This document shows positions 1 through 8,204 of a DNA stretch of 64,000 nt, piece after piece. Position numbers and translations under genes: made by a program. The DNA comes from a virus (Duplodnaviria > Caudoviricetes). The notes under the pieces are model-generated. The model ran no database searches. It was not told where the DNA came from and saw only the letters and a list, made by a program, of their open reading frames with translations. Within the stretch, counting starts at the first letter, position 1, and each line of letters opens with the position of its first letter. The stretch covers positions 1,937 through 65,936 of the IMG/VR virus record IMGVR_UViG_3300042402_002579; one strand, 5' to 3'.

Positions 1-26
1 TCCTCGTAAAAAGAAAGGATACAAAG

Positions 27-599
27 ATGAATATTTCCCTACGTAAAGCCAATGTTGTGCAAGCCAACATCAATGATGCTATCAAAAGCATCAACATCGA
101 AACAACCTTAGAACTCAATGAGTTCCAAGACGTGCAGGCGGCTTTAGTCAAAGCCAACGAAACACTGTTTGCCAATGACGGTCGTCGTCAGCGCCTACTG
201 TTGGCTCTGTACAACATTCGTGGGCTAGTAGGAGCAGCCAATGCTCAAAGTGGAGTTGACACTAAACTGGCCACTGCGGCCTTTATTGATAAACGTGTTG
301 CTCAACTGGATGAGCTGGCCAAACTGTCTCCAGTCACCGATCTTGCAGTGATCACCGGCAAGTTAGAAAAGATCAAGAACAGCGAAGGCGACAGTCGTCG
401 TAGCCTTTATGGTTACAATGATACTGTTAGTACAACAGTGATTGGTCAAGATCAAATTGATCAAATCAAGGCTGAGATTAAAAATCTCAAGAAGCAGAAG
501 CAAAAGATCAATGACGAGATCCTTGAGCTAAACATCAAGACAGAGATCCCGTTAAGTGACGAAGTAATGGCAACACTGACTGCAGAAAGCCTGATCTAA
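27..599 (+). CDS. hypothetical coiled-coil protein
   Basis: 190-aa ORF with an AAGGA SD upstream; helical, heptad-like C-terminus; no recognised motif. Confidence 0.8.
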   Translation: MNISLRKANVVQANINDAIKSINIETTLELNEFQDVQAALVKANETLFANDGRRQRLLLALYNIRGLVGAANAQSGVDTKLATAAFIDKRVAQLDELAKLSPVTDLAVITGKLEKIKNSEGDSRRSLYGYNDTVSTTVIGQDQIDQIKAEIKNLKKQKQKINDEILELNIKTEIPLSDEVMATLTAESLI

Positions 600-643
600 C
601 AGACCCCGTGGCTAACCAACGTTACTGGTTAGGACCTAATTAT

Positions 644-719
644 CGCGGGATGGAAAAGTTGGCATTTCGTCAGTCTCATAAGCTGAAGGTCGTCGGTTCG
701 AATCCGGCTCCCGCAACCA
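644..719 (+). tRNA. tRNA-Met(CAT), initiator (fMet)-like
   Basis: Full cloverleaf: CGCGGGA/TCCCGCA acceptor with C1xA72 mismatch, anticodon loop CTCATAA, T-arm GTCGG-TTCGAAT-CCGGC, encoded CCA. Confidence 0.95.
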
Positions 720-726
720 ATACAAT

Positions 727-876
727 ATGAAACTATTTGAAGCAACAATTAGAGTTAATGGTAAAGAATTTAAGGATCGAGTAGGAGCCAACTCGGCAGA
801 GGAAGCACGTATGTTATTACAACAGCGTCACGGTCCTAGAGCTGTTCCATTTATTCCACACATGATTCCAAGTTAA
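727..876 (+). CDS. small hypothetical protein (49 aa, MKLFEATIRVNGKEF...)
   Basis: Read manually, not in the ORF track; fills the space between two tRNAs almost exactly. Confidence 0.6.
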   Translation: MKLFEATIRVNGKEFKDRVGANSAEEARMLLQQRHGPRAVPFIPHMIPS

Positions 877-879
877 TTT

Positions 880-956
880 CGGAGTGTGGCGCAGTCTGGT
901 AGCGCACCTGGTTTGGGACCAGGGGGTCCAAGGTTCGAATCCTTGTACTCCGACCA
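880..956 (+). tRNA. tRNA-Pro(TGG)
   Basis: CGGAGTG/TACTCCG acceptor, CCTGG-TTTGGGA-CCAGG anticodon arm, TTCGAAT T-loop, CCA end. Confidence 0.95.
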
Positions 957-975
957 ATTTTTATAAAAGGCAACA

Positions 976-1161
976 ATGACAAGAGAAGAAGATCAAGCAG
1001 CAACAGATGCAGCAGTAGCAGAATTTCTAGCCAACGGTGGAGTTGTACAACAACTAAAACCAAATCAGAGTGGAAGAGTCGAGGGCGAATCTTATTCTAT
1101 GTGGTCAAAGAAAAAACCTTCAACATCGCCTTTGGCCAAAGCGCCAGAAGACGATGAATAA
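976..1161 (+). CDS. small hypothetical phage protein
   Basis: 61-aa ORF with AAAGG SD, between tRNAs; contains an AEFLANGGVVQQL segment. Confidence 0.7.
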   Translation: MTREEDQAATDAAVAEFLANGGVVQQLKPNQSGRVEGESYSMWSKKKPSTSPLAKAPEDDE

Positions 1162-1175
1162 ATAGAAACAACAAT

Positions 1176-1249
1176 GCGGGGTTCGTATAGTGGTAATACC
1201 TCAGCCTTCCAAGCTGATGCGGAGAGTTCGATTCTCTTACCCCGCTCCA
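1176..1249 (+). tRNA. tRNA-Gly(TCC)
   Basis: GCGGGGT/ACCCCGC acceptor, TCAGC-CTTCCAA-GCTGA anticodon arm, TTCGATT T-loop, U73 discriminator, CCA. Confidence 0.95.
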
Positions 1250-1269
1250 TTTTAGGGTAGTTGCAAACC

Positions 1270-1833
1270 ATGATATTCATAGAAAAGAAAAATTATCTAC
1301 CAGCAGAAATATATGACAGAACTTACGGATCTATAAAAGATAATCCTTCTATTCCTTGGACATACGGACATGGTATTTCACTACCAGATTTACCTAACGA
1401 TCATAGCGACTGGGATTTTGCATTTTGTCATCACCTTTTTATTCACGGAGCTTCTACTGGTTCTTTAGGAGATCGAGGTGTTGAATTTTGTAAAAAGATG
1501 TGCGAAGATTTTGATTTAAAATTAAAAGATATTGTACGTATTAGAATGGGGCTAATAACTAAAACACCTCATCATGTTAGGTACCATCCCCATACAGATT
1601 TTGATTACCCTCACCTTACAGCACTGTACTACTTGACCACTTGTAATGGACCTACGGTAATTTATAATAAAAAGCAACCAGACCTAGAAAATCTAGAAGA
1701 CATGATAGAAATACCCTGCGAAGAAAATAAGCTGGTTATCATTGATGGAAATTATTATCATACCCCAGTTTCACAAACAGATAAAAAACAACGAATAGTT
1801 ATTGCTTTTAATTTTACTGTAGAAAATGATTAA
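1270..1833 (+). CDS. 2OG-Fe(II) oxygenase superfamily protein
   Basis: HTD...ALYYL...H...R pattern; ATG 1270 preferred over TTG 1261. Confidence 0.75.
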   Translation: MIFIEKKNYLPAEIYDRTYGSIKDNPSIPWTYGHGISLPDLPNDHSDWDFAFCHHLFIHGASTGSLGDRGVEFCKKMCEDFDLKLKDIVRIRMGLITKTPHHVRYHPHTDFDYPHLTALYYLTTCNGPTVIYNKKQPDLENLEDMIEIPCEENKLVIIDGNYYHTPVSQTDKKQRIVIAFNFTVEND

Positions 1834-2404
1834 AGTAATCGACTATAACGATACGTTTAGAAAATTTGACTTTAGTTCTACGATCAGTAAAGAAGATAAT
1901 ACAACTGCCATAGGCATTATAAAGAATATTATCGCTGATGGGAACTACTTTACAAATAGTCCTAAATTTCAAACTCGAGAAAACATTTTTGCTCGACAGG
2001 AAGCTGTATGGTTAAAGTACCGTATGAGCTTTCTGTTCTCGTTGTTTATGTATCTTGGTCGTGAAGTCAAAGTGTCTAACATGATGGCCTGGTCATTTAT
2101 GACCAATCTTGAGGGTGCCGAAGATAGAGAAACACTATGGCACAATCATTGGCATCCACAGAATCCCAATGCCAAGATGATGAGCGGCATTTTTTATCTA
2201 CACATTCCCGAAGACGTAAAAGATCGTGACTACTGCGGAACTGAAATGGCTCCCAATGGTCCTAAAAATGATGGGAAATTTTTTGTTCGACCCAGTGATT
2301 ATAATTGGTTATTATATCCTAGCGATCAATGGCATCGCCCAGGCATAGTTCAGAGTGCCGATTATAGATTTATTCTAGCAGTTGATATAGAATACTGCCT
2401 GTAA
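1826..2404 (+). CDS. putative 2OG-Fe(II) oxygenase-like (DSBH) protein
   Basis: WHNH...SGIFYL...YPS..WH...R pattern; overlaps the upstream gene. Confidence 0.6.
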   Translation: MIKVIDYNDTFRKFDFSSTISKEDNTTAIGIIKNIIADGNYFTNSPKFQTRENIFARQEAVWLKYRMSFLFSLFMYLGREVKVSNMMAWSFMTNLEGAEDRETLWHNHWHPQNPNAKMMSGIFYLHIPEDVKDRDYCGTEMAPNGPKNDGKFFVRPSDYNWLLYPSDQWHRPGIVQSADYRFILAVDIEYCL

Positions 2405-2411
2405 CTGGATT

Positions 2412-3188
2412 ATGGAAAAATCTTTCAATCGTGTAATAGCCTATGGTTGCAGTTTTACCGCAGGGGACGAGATCATGGATCACGTGTTCATGGACACGTC
2501 TTTTGAAAAATGTAATCGTATAAAACGTCAATATATTATAGATGTAGGAAGAATTGATGCTGGAGCTAAATTTAGAAAAACATATAACATTCAGAAAGCT
2601 GATGCAGAACTAAATCGCAACCACTCGTGGGCAGCTTGTTTGGCCAAACACCTAGATTTGCCTTTTGAAAATCGAGCAATCAGTGGTTCGGGTATAGATC
2701 AAGTGTATTTCACTATATATCATGATCTGTTAAGGTCCAGTATATCTAAAACAGATTTAGTATTGGTAGGGCTTCCTCCTCAATATAGAATGATTGATTT
2801 TAGAAACCCTCATAAGCCACTACCTTTACTACTTGCTCATTTAGATAAAGATAATGTAGAAAATAAATTGTTAATTGATATGTTTAATGATGATTTTGCA
2901 CATTTTCATTATTTCAAAACTGTTGAATTATTGTGCAATTTAAAAATTAACATTCGACTACAGCCCATGCTTCCAAATATGATTTTGGGGGCATCTTACA
3001 AAATAAAACATACAAGCGATTATATCAACAGTGTTTGGGCCAACAGCACGAAGAATATGCTACTACCTGAAGAATCTTTAAAACATCCGACAGTAAACGG
3101 GGAGAAAATTATGTGCGAATTCGGACATCCCCCGGTTGAGTCGCATGTGTTGTTGGCTGAAAAAATTTACAGCCAAGTTGAGTTTTAG
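2412..3188 (+). CDS. SGNH/GDSL-like hydrolase or acyltransferase-fold protein
   Basis: N-terminal AYGCSFTAG, central NRAISGSG, C-terminal GHP. Confidence 0.55.
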   Translation: MEKSFNRVIAYGCSFTAGDEIMDHVFMDTSFEKCNRIKRQYIIDVGRIDAGAKFRKTYNIQKADAELNRNHSWAACLAKHLDLPFENRAISGSGIDQVYFTIYHDLLRSSISKTDLVLVGLPPQYRMIDFRNPHKPLPLLLAHLDKDNVENKLLIDMFNDDFAHFHYFKTVELLCNLKINIRLQPMLPNMILGASYKIKHTSDYINSVWANSTKNMLLPEESLKHPTVNGEKIMCEFGHPPVESHVLLAEKIYSQVEF

Positions 3189-3391
3189 GTGTTTTGTGGA
3201 GGCCTTGCAGTCAACAATCGAGGATTTCCAACATATTCAGCTGGGCTTGGTGTTTTGCTATATTCAGGCGCATTTGCTTTAATCCAAACGTCAACAGCGA
3301 TTATGTGCGGCATTATATCTCCGCCCTGTTGCCATACAAACAATCCTTGGGATAAGTTTTCTAAAAGTTCTTTGATAGATTCTTCAGTCAT
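3185..3391 (-). CDS. small hypothetical protein
   Basis: 68-aa ORF with GGAG SD and an upstream TAAATA on the minus strand. Confidence 0.6.
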   Translation of the reverse strand: MTEESIKELLENLSQGLFVWQQGGDIMPHIIAVDVWIKANAPEYSKTPSPAEYVGNPRLLTARPPQNT

Positions 3392-3447
3392 GTTTTCTCC
3401 AATATCAAGTAGACTAATTACTATGTATTTAACAAATAAATAGTTTT

Positions 3448-4389
3448 ATGAACAATGTTAAAAAAAAACTGTTTACATTTGGCGGTTGCGATATTCTTGA
3501 TATAGCCCATGATCAATTATTAGCTTCGGAGTTTGATTTAGTTCCGTATAATCCAAAATTGGGCGATGCAAAAATTGATTCTTTAAATTTTGAATTATCA
3601 CCAGTTCCCAGCAAAGGCACAAGCCTTATGTCATTGTATACTGCACCGGGACCAGCTGCGCATAGATTGTTAGACACGTTAATGCATAGTCCTAAACGTG
3701 AAACAGCTCTCAACAAAGAATTATACAGTGAGATATGTAAATTTCCATATTTTAAGTTTTGGAAAGAAAATGCCGGACCAAATGACTATCTGTTACTTGG
3801 GTTCAGTGCTGAGCTATATACAAAATACTATACAACTAGTGAATGTTTTACCTTAATTCACACAGACGGCTTACTCAAAATTCAAGACGCTAGTCATTGT
3901 TTACATTGGTTATACAAAGAGTATATACAGAAGGAGCAGCATCTTCTGTCCTTTGATGAACAAGTTTCATTGAATTGTACCAGTGATTTAACTGTTGATT
4001 TTGCACGAGACATTTATGAAATTTTTCAGGATAGGGTATTTGTAGTAAAGACGCACTTTGGCAGTTTAATTAAGTCTGATAACAATCTAAAAGAATTAAA
4101 TGTAACGCCAGCAAACTTAGTATATTATAAGCAGACAAAAGTTATGGATTCTCCGTTTATGACATATGCTGAGAGATGCGCAGGAATAATACTTAATCAA
4201 TTCGTACGTCGGTATCCAACTGAATTAAAACCTATAAAATTATCTGACAAACATATATTTTTAGATCCTGGTCATAAATGGGGAATCAGTCCGTGGCACA
4301 TAGCCGACGATTCTAGAAGTAAAATAGCAAATTTAATATTAATGGAACTGTGGAAAAAAAGTTTCAAAGACAACAAACTCAAAAACTAA
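3448..4389 (+). CDS. hypothetical protein, possibly degenerate SGNH-like (DUF6270-like)
   Basis: LFTFGGCD start and C-terminal DPGHKWGISPWH. Confidence 0.5.
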   Translation: MNNVKKKLFTFGGCDILDIAHDQLLASEFDLVPYNPKLGDAKIDSLNFELSPVPSKGTSLMSLYTAPGPAAHRLLDTLMHSPKRETALNKELYSEICKFPYFKFWKENAGPNDYLLLGFSAELYTKYYTTSECFTLIHTDGLLKIQDASHCLHWLYKEYIQKEQHLLSFDEQVSLNCTSDLTVDFARDIYEIFQDRVFVVKTHFGSLIKSDNNLKELNVTPANLVYYKQTKVMDSPFMTYAERCAGIILNQFVRRYPTELKPIKLSDKHIFLDPGHKWGISPWHIADDSRSKIANLILMELWKKSFKDNKLKN

Positions 4390-4390
4390 A

Positions 4391-5104
4391 ATGATCACAG
4401 TATATTGGACAGTACCACAACACTACGATTTTATAGGACTAAGACAACCAGCGCCTTATCCTTTGCTGTCTAATTTTATAAAGAACAAAAATATGTTGGT
4501 GCCTGGATTAGAATACAATCGGTGCCCGGCATTTAGACAAAGTCTAGATAACACATTTGTAGGAACAAGTTCTGTTGCAGTGTCTTTTGGTTATAAATTT
4601 AATCAAATACACTGTGATCAAGATTCACAGGCCGCTGTAGAAAAATTTGTTCAAATACGATCTCTACAAGAAAGAGCATTTCTACTTAATTCGAAACATC
4701 TTTTTTTTACAGAAGAAGATTCTTTAGAAGTCACGCTTACTGGTGCCTATCTTGAAGATGACGATTTTAACAACAATATTACTGTGATCCCAGGAACCTA
4801 TGATATCGGTAAATGGTTTAGACCAGTAGAGTGTTCATTCTACATAAAACAAGGAGACCGAACACTCACTGTTCAGGAACACACTCCTATCTACTATCTA
4901 CGATTTCATACACAACAAAAAATACAGTTCAAGCGGTTTATATGTACTCCAGAAATACAGGCCTATGCCAATACCATTTTAAATTCACGTAATTTTAACG
5001 ATGGCAAAATTAAATCTATGAATTGGTTTTATGATATTTTTTCTAAGCAGAAAAATTTAAAAAAATTGTTAGTTAAAAAAATAAAAGATAACATTATAGA
5101 TTAA
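4391..5104 (+). CDS. conserved phage hypothetical protein (CPAF motif)
   Basis: RCPAF...IPGTYDIGKWFRPV pattern seen in large myovirus accessory genes. Confidence 0.6.
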   Translation: MITVYWTVPQHYDFIGLRQPAPYPLLSNFIKNKNMLVPGLEYNRCPAFRQSLDNTFVGTSSVAVSFGYKFNQIHCDQDSQAAVEKFVQIRSLQERAFLLNSKHLFFTEEDSLEVTLTGAYLEDDDFNNNITVIPGTYDIGKWFRPVECSFYIKQGDRTLTVQEHTPIYYLRFHTQQKIQFKRFICTPEIQAYANTILNSRNFNDGKIKSMNWFYDIFSKQKNLKKLLVKKIKDNIID

Positions 5105-5122
5105 TTTTGGAAACACGTATAA

Positions 5123-5341
5123 ATGGCTAAAGAAGATGTAATTGAATTAACAGGGATCGTTGACGAAGTTTTGCCGGGCAATATGTTTAAAGTAAAAGTA
5201 GACAACTTGCCTAATGTACTGCTGTGTTATACCAGCGGCAGATTAAAACAACACAAGATTCGTATTATTTTGGGAGATCGGGTCAAGGTCGAAGTTAGTC
5301 CCTACGACATGACCAAAGGTAGAGTTTCCTATAGATTATAG
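5123..5341 (+). CDS. infA: translation initiation factor IF-1
   Basis: MAKEDVIE...LPGNMFKV...[34 protein letters not shown], 72 aa. Confidence 0.97.
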   Translation: MAKEDVIELTGIVDEVLPGNMFKVKVDNLPNVLLCYTSGRLKQHKIRIILGDRVKVEVSPYDMTKGRVSYRL

Positions 5342-5358
5342 AAACAGTACTTGAATAA

Positions 5359-5604
5359 TTATTGATTATTTTTTTCTTTGGCTTCTTTTATCATTTCTTT
5401 GTAATCTTGATTTGGGTGATTTACAAGATGAGAATGATAGATGTCAATTATAGTTTTAGGTGCAACACCATCAAACAATCTAGGAATGAATCCATGAAGT
5501 ATACTGGCTATTCCTGACCAAATTAGTCTAAGGCCAGCAATCAAGGCCCATTTTAAATGACCTAGATAAGTCACATTGCTTTTGGTTAAATGATCATCAA
5601 ACAT
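5359..5604 (-). CDS. small hydrophobic protein (DUF6356-like)
   Basis: HL...TYLGHLKWA...ILHGFIP pattern; coupled to the adenylation-enzyme gene. Confidence 0.55.
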   Translation of the reverse strand: MFDDHLTKSNVTYLGHLKWALIAGLRLIWSGIASILHGFIPRLFDGVAPKTIIDIYHSHLVNHPNQDYKEMIKEAKEKNNQ

Positions 5605-7051
5605 GATTTCTAAAATGGTCTCTTAGGAGTTCTTGGTCTAGTTTTATACCTGACATAAAGTGGTTTTTGTTTAAAACAGCAGTTTTATTTATTTTTAAAT
5701 TGGTAAATCTTTCTCTGAAAAAATTAGAATATTCTAATTCTAGATTGTCATCTTTTCGATACCAGAAGGCCAAATATATGGAATTTTTTACAGGATCCAC
5801 TATTAGGTTTGCGTGTTCATTCATGTCGTTGAGTTTTTTGAGCATGCTTAGGTCAAATATTGTCCCGTCTATTTTTGTTATATCATTCCGACCTATGTGT
5901 TCATAAAATTTACTTCTCTTCTTAAATCTATCATTGGGAACAACATCAGTATTATATACAGGCATTATCACGTGCAACATTAGATTTGAATCTAACCTTA
6001 TTCCATAAAAATCATCTACTTTTTTAAACCAGTCAGCACTTCGACCTATTGTTCCTTTTTCTATGTGAGCAAGAAACACAGGTCCGCTGGTCTCATTGGA
6101 TCCAAATATACTAGTAACTGATTTGAATATTCCTTCTACAATTCCTACTTTGGCATAATCTTGTATATAGGACAGTGTTTGTATATTTAATTTTGGCCAA
6201 ACAACTTTTCTTTCTTTACTAATATGTATAAAATCATCAATCATGTTTGGGTAAGGAAATATTATGAATTCGAGAGTATCGGCAAACTTTTCTAAGGCTT
6301 CCATAAAATTGATCGTTTCATGAGGCTTATTATGTGGATCCATAGGGACCTCAAGGAATAGATTTTCTGTTACCGCAGGACTGGCAAATACTGGTAGTAG
6401 ATATACAGCCAAACTACTGCCGTGATTTAGATTTCTTGTATGCAGACACTGTCCAAAAAATCTTGTAGAATTTCTAATAGAAACTTTGTATAAAAATTCA
6501 TGACTGTGTTCGATTATTTTAGGCGTTCCGGTAGTTCCGCTGCTGGTACAACGCATAAGAATATCTGACGGTTTAGGAAATATATTTTTGGCAGTTTCAA
6601 AATCTTCCATATTGTCTATAGTGCGGTCTAGGTCAGTATGGATTGAGTATGTTCTTTTTGAGCAGTTGGAAAAAAATTTAAATTTGCCTGGTATATCTTT
6701 ACTTGTTATGTTCATAGAATCATGTAAAAATATATCAATAGGAGCTAAAAGTTTTGTTTTAGGATCATGAAACTCAGTATCAGTAAAACTATCTATTCTG
6801 GTGTAGTCTACAATTACTATTTTTAAAGACAATTCTGCTGCTGCAAATATAATTGCAAAATAAACGTGATTCATGGCCTGCATTCCGACCAATATAGATT
6901 CACCCGATTTTGCTGAACATTTGTATTTTAAAATATATTTCCATTCGTCGATTGAAGAAACTAACTGAGATTTGTCAAATCGAATATTGGCTCGTAGTGT
7001 GTTTCCAATAAAGTTGTCGCTGATCATGTGTCTAGATATGACATTTTTCAT
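5597..7051 (-). CDS. AMP-binding (ANL superfamily) adenylate-forming enzyme
   Basis: TSSGTTGTPK loop, FGSNETSG, GRND and a C-terminal GIK lysine. Confidence 0.8.
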   Translation of the reverse strand: MKNVISRHMISDNFIGNTLRANIRFDKSQLVSSIDEWKYILKYKCSAKSGESILVGMQAMNHVYFAIIFAAAELSLKIVIVDYTRIDSFTDTEFHDPKTKLLAPIDIFLHDSMNITSKDIPGKFKFFSNCSKRTYSIHTDLDRTIDNMEDFETAKNIFPKPSDILMRCTSSGTTGTPKIIEHSHEFLYKVSIRNSTRFFGQCLHTRNLNHGSSLAVYLLPVFASPAVTENLFLEVPMDPHNKPHETINFMEALEKFADTLEFIIFPYPNMIDDFIHISKERKVVWPKLNIQTLSYIQDYAKVGIVEGIFKSVTSIFGSNETSGPVFLAHIEKGTIGRSADWFKKVDDFYGIRLDSNLMLHVIMPVYNTDVVPNDRFKKRSKFYEHIGRNDITKIDGTIFDLSMLKKLNDMNEHANLIVDPVKNSIYLAFWYRKDDNLELEYSNFFRERFTNLKINKTAVLNKNHFMSGIKLDQELLRDHFRNHV

Positions 7052-7093
7052 TTAAAAGTATTCCGATGTAATATAGTATCAAGTATTTATTAC

Positions 7094-7122
7094 TTGACTA
7101 ATCACTCGTTTGATGTTATAAT
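7094..7122 (+). promoter_or_regulatory. sigma70-type promoter
   Basis: TTGACT-17 nt-TATAAT with extended -10 TG. Confidence 0.75.
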
Positions 7123-7150
7123 TATAACATAAAACAACGAAAGGTACTCA

Positions 7151-7324
7151 ATGGCTGGCAAAGCAAAATCGGTATATCTAACGATAACCAAAAAAAATTC
7201 ATTCAAAACAGAATTTACCAAGATGTTTTTTGATGCTAAATCATTTAACGATTATGTAAAAACTGATGAATTCAAGGCCAAGTGGCCAGTTGAAGAGTAC
7301 AATATTGTGAAAGAAGTATACTGA
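7151..7324 (+). CDS. small hypothetical protein (57 aa, MAGKAKSVYL...)
   Basis: Read manually; AAGG SD, first gene after the promoter. Confidence 0.7.
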   Translation: MAGKAKSVYLTITKKNSFKTEFTKMFFDAKSFNDYVKTDEFKAKWPVEEYNIVKEVY

Positions 7325-7491
7325 TGAAAATTAAGTTTGATAAAGATACAATGCCCGATGAACTGTACAACGCTCTGTTACAGCATTTTGTAAATGAAGC
7401 AGTTGGATTAGGTCTAGAAGTAAACAAATTTACCCAATTTAATAACTGGGTAGTCGAATGTGAGGTCGCAGCCGAAGCCTCCGTTCATTAA
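7324..7491 (+). CDS. small hypothetical protein (55 aa, MKIKFDKDTM...)
   Basis: Read manually; TGATG stop/start coupling with the upstream ORF. Confidence 0.65.
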   Translation: MKIKFDKDTMPDELYNALLQHFVNEAVGLGLEVNKFTQFNNWVVECEVAAEASVH

Positions 7492-7506
7492 CGAAAGGAG
7501 GCTATT

Positions 7507-8112
7507 ATGCCTAGTGTTTTTTTAGTTAGCGACACACACTTTGGACATACCGGAGTATGTCGTTTTACCCGTAACGATGGTGTTACTAAGTTACGTCCGT
7601 GGGATAGTCCTGAGGAAATGGACGAAGCCATGATCAAGGCCTGGAACGAACGAGTCAAACCTACAGACAAGGTCTATCACTTAGGTGACGTGGTTATCAA
7701 CCGTAAATCGTTAAAAACTCTTGCTCGCTTAAACGGTGACAAAGTGTTAATCCGTGGCAACCACGATATCTTCCGTGATGACGAGTATCGCGAATACTTT
7801 CGTGAATTGCGAGCTTATCACGTTATGAACGGTATGATTCTTAGCCATATTCCGTTACACAGTGACAGCTTGGGTCGTTTTGGTGTTAACATTCACGGAC
7901 ACACTCATGCAAATCGTGTGAAGCGGGCTCGTGGAGTTGATGCTAGAACTGGGGAAGTTTTATACAGCGATGAGAACGATGTTCGTTACCATTGCGTTTG
8001 CGTGGAACAGACTCCGGACTTTGCTCCCATCTTGTTTGAAGATGTCATCAAGAACATCGAAGCAGAAGGCGGCAGTATCGGATTTAGAAACGGTAACGGA
8101 CCTACAATGTAG
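7507..8112 (+). CDS. calcineurin-like metallophosphoesterase
   Basis: SDTHFGH, HLGD, GNHD and HGHTH motifs; AGGAGG SD. Confidence 0.92.
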   Translation: MPSVFLVSDTHFGHTGVCRFTRNDGVTKLRPWDSPEEMDEAMIKAWNERVKPTDKVYHLGDVVINRKSLKTLARLNGDKVLIRGNHDIFRDDEYREYFRELRAYHVMNGMILSHIPLHSDSLGRFGVNIHGHTHANRVKRARGVDARTGEVLYSDENDVRYHCVCVEQTPDFAPILFEDVIKNIEAEGGSIGFRNGNGPTM

Positions 8113-8128
8113 TATAAACTGCGTAGTT

Positions 8129-8157
8129 AATAGGACTCTTTGGAGTCCTATTTTTTT
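8129..8157 (+). terminator. rho-independent terminator
   Basis: AATAGGACTC-TTTG-GAGTCCTATT hairpin followed by a T-run. Confidence 0.85.
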
Positions 8158-8204
8158 GACTGGCATAAATAATACAATAGAAGATAGATCCAGGAGTTTA
8201 AAAT

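Noticed and set aside
851-1280. Minus-strand ORFs 851..1063 and 1092..1280
   Set aside because: They are antisense to tRNA genes and a better-supported plus-strand ORF
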